Part shown: positions 62,007-64,000 of the stretch, piece by piece
Position numbering within the stretch: the stretch's first letter is position 1
How the letters are laid out: each line of letters begins with the position of its first letter
Assembly: GCA_043228905.1 (NCBI GenBank)
Contig: JBHGNT010000004.1
Coordinates: 10,354,001-10,418,000, forward strand
Source: Azolla caroliniana
Taxonomy: Eukaryota > Plantae > Polypodiophyta
DNA length: 64,000 nt
Reading direction: 5' to 3'
The notes under the pieces: model-generated
Told to the model about the DNA's origin: nothing
Databases searched by the model: none
Seen by the model: the letters and a program-made list of their open reading frames with translations, nothing else
Translations under genes and position numbers: made by a program

Positions 62007-64000
62007 ATGGACCCACAAACGCTGTCGGAAGCGGCCAGGAAATGGCTCAGGCAACACGGACTGGATGGGTTCTTGACCATCATGGAGGCACCACTGCACA
62101 AAGAAGCCGACCGGGTCATCAAGGAGCTCGACACAGAAGTCATCACCGAGGAAGCGATCCGTGCGCTAACAGGCCTTCCGGAGGGAGGTATTTTTCAGAT
62201 CGATAACCCAACCTCGGAGCAACTCATCCGATATTTCGGTGAGTACTCTCTAGCCGGCAAAGGCTATCGAACGCAGGGCGGCGAAGATCCGCTATTCAGG
62301 GAGATAGCTCGAGTGCTCCATGAGTACGGCCACGTGTACCCCCGACCCCCTGTCATTCCAAAAAATCGGGCAGGGATGATCATAGCCACCTATGAAGGGA
62401 TCAAGGTGGATTGGCCGGTGTTGATTGCAGACGGTTTGTGCGCGGCAATCGACACGGTACGAGGAAAGGACGGCAAGGAGGGCCGGAAGCTGTGGCATGC
62501 CGTAGCTCAGTGGATAACATTGCTCGCGCCGCCGGTCGAGACCGTCCAGCCAAAGAAGCGGCCAAGATTATCGGAAGGAAGCACCTCGAAACTCGCGTCC
62601 AAACGACAGCAGCTGCTGGCGTCGAAGGCGACGAAAGGGAAGAAACGGCTCCCAGAACCGGAGGAGGTGTCACCGGTCCGACCCGTTAAGATAACCATAC
62701 GGCGACCGGGACAGAAGGAACCGGAACCCTTGACGGCACAGATACATGCCGTTACCCAGGAAGAGGAAACGGAGGAGCCAGTAGAGCACCTCCAACGACG
62801 GTCAAGAAATAGGACCGCCGGGACAGCGGGGGAGCGTTCGAACCCGCAAAAGGAAGAAACGCCCCCAACTCAACCTGAGCAAACCACAAGGGAGGAACCG
62901 GAACCGGTGCGTATAGAACCGGCCTTGTCGACTTCTATACAAGAAGTCATTCCAACGGCTCCGGAGACGGCGAGAACCGGAACTCAACAGCCGGCGAGCC
63001 CAGCCAGCGCACACAGCGGCCAAGGAGTAGAACCAGAACGGCAGATACAGGCACTCAGGCCAGACAATTCCACAGTGAACGAGCCGACCCGACCAGTACA
63101 GCAGCAAGGCACCAGTAGCATGTGGCTACGGTGGGTAGGCGAGCAGATCGCCGGAGCGGTCGAGTACATAGAGGCGGAGGAGAGAGCGCACCACGAACGG
63201 TTGCTCGTCACAACCGTAGATCTAGAGACGGCCCGGTCCAGAATCCGGAGCCTTGAACAAGACTTGGACAGGGTCACAAGGGAAATGGCTCAATTGGCTT
63301 TGACAACACAAGTCCAAGCACCGGTGACTCCGGGCAATGTACAGAATAAAGCGTCAGATCAACCTGTACATAGCAATCAGACCCCGGCAACGGAAACCGT
63401 TCCGGAGAGAAATGCGGCACAAGCCCAAGAGCTTGCGGACTTAAAGGGTGAGCTAGCTGCCCAAGAAGCGCTGAGGAGCCGCGAAAGAGAGTTGAAGACG
63501 GCAGCGGAGGCAGAACTCAAAAAGACTGCTGAGAATCTACGCCGGGCCGAGGAGAGCTTACGAAAAGGCCACCAAGCGTACGACCGGCTCAAGGAGGAAA
63601 AGGAGAAAATGCTGCAAGAGAAGGACAGGCTCCGGAGAAACGCCGAAACAGAAGTAGAGCGCCTGAAAGAGGAACTCCGGCAGCTAAAGGACCGGGAGGA
63701 CCGGAACCATCGCCAGATCAACGGCAAGCTCAAACAAAAAACGGAGGAATTTGAGCACTTGCACCGGGAGTATAAACGGTTGCAAACGGAGCACAAGGAA
63801 CGGACGGATGAGCTCCGGCAAGCAGTTGATCGGACCGCAACGACATACGCTAATGAACAAGCGGAAACCAGAAGACGGTTGGAAGAGGCGGAGAAGGTTC
63901 GGACAGAGCTCCTCAGGCAACAACAGGCGGAAAAAGAAAGAGCGGCGGAGGTACTGCAGAGGCTGCAAACAACATATCAAGGGCAGCTGACGCGCTACAG
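62007..64000 (+). CDS. Extra ORF of Gypsy J, >=664 aa and open at the window end: globular N-domain, basic NLS-like motifs, disordered linker, long coiled coil
   Basis: Manually translated with no stop: MDPQTLSEAARKWLRQHGLDGF...ITEEAIRALTGLPEGG...GIKVDWPVLIADGL...PKKRPR...ELADLKGELAAQ...EVERLKEELRQLK. Absent from the ORF track because there is no stop in the window. Confidence 0.85.
   Translation, partial: MDPQTLSEAARKWLRQHGLDGFLTIMEAPLHKEADRVIKELDTEVITEEAIRALTGLPEGGIFQIDNPTSEQLIRYFGEYSLAGKGYRTQGGEDPLFREIARVLHEYGHVYPRPPVIPKNRAGMIIATYEGIKVDWPVLIADGLCAAIDTVRGKDGKEGRKLWHAVAQWITLLAPPVETVQPKKRPRLSEGSTSKLASKRQQLLASKATKGKKRLPEPEEVSPVRPVKITIRRPGQKEPEPLTAQIHAVTQEEETEEPVEHLQRRSRNRTAGTAGERSNPQKEETPPTQPEQTTREEPEPVRIEPALSTSIQEVIPTAPETARTGTQQPASPASAHSGQGVEPERQIQALRPDNSTVNEPTRPVQQQGTSSMWLRWVGEQIAGAVEYIEAEERAHHERLLVTTVDLETARSRIRSLEQDLDRVTREMAQLALTTQVQAPVTPGNVQNKASDQPVHSNQTPATETVPERNAAQAQELADLKGELAAQEALRSRERELKTAAEAELKKTAENLRRAEESLRKGHQAYDRLKEEKEKMLQEKDRLRRNAETEVERLKEELRQLKDREDRNHRQINGKLKQKTEEFEHLHREYKRLQTEHKERTDELRQAVDRTATTYANEQAETRRRLEEAEKVRTELLRQQQAEKERAAEVLQRLQTTYQGQLTRY

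Larger units (their letters stand above)
55318..64000 (+). mobile_element. Non-chromoviral Ty3/Gypsy element J with an extra 3' ORF; runs off the window
   Basis: 5' LTR at 55318-55736 homologous to that of I. PBS TGGCGACCAC at 55743 (tRNA-Arg-like). gag-AP-RT-RH-INT order, then a further ORF. Confidence 0.93.

Overview
Eukaryotic land-plant DNA, probably from a non-seed plant (inferred from the Tcn1-like chromovirus and RTE-type LINE). It holds one intact host gene, a six-exon RLCK-VII receptor-like cytoplasmic kinase (28492-30840, PBL34/35/36-like), on a TE-poor island between deeply nested retrotransposon stacks. The left stack is an L1-like LINE interrupted by Copia C (6255-22947) > Copia D (6922-17875) > intact Copia E (11802-17078), each with a readable 5-bp TSD. 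The middle stack is Copia G interrupted by Copia F and by Copia H, which carries Gypsy I. The right stack is an RTE-type LINE next to chromovirus K > Gypsy-like L > Gypsy J. The most unusual signals are: (1) the 330-bp LTR of tRNA-Trp-primed element L is an almost complete fold-back, with perfect 68-bp terminal inverted repeats and a nested perfect hairpin; (2) Gypsy J has a stop-free >=664-codon extra ORF after pol that the ORF track missed; (3) Gypsy I and K show inverted LTR (U3-out) ends; (4) the LTRs of Copia F share about 230 bp of non-LTR-like DNA with the left flank. Letters A-L are my labels. Family assignments come from motif recognition only; no searches were run.
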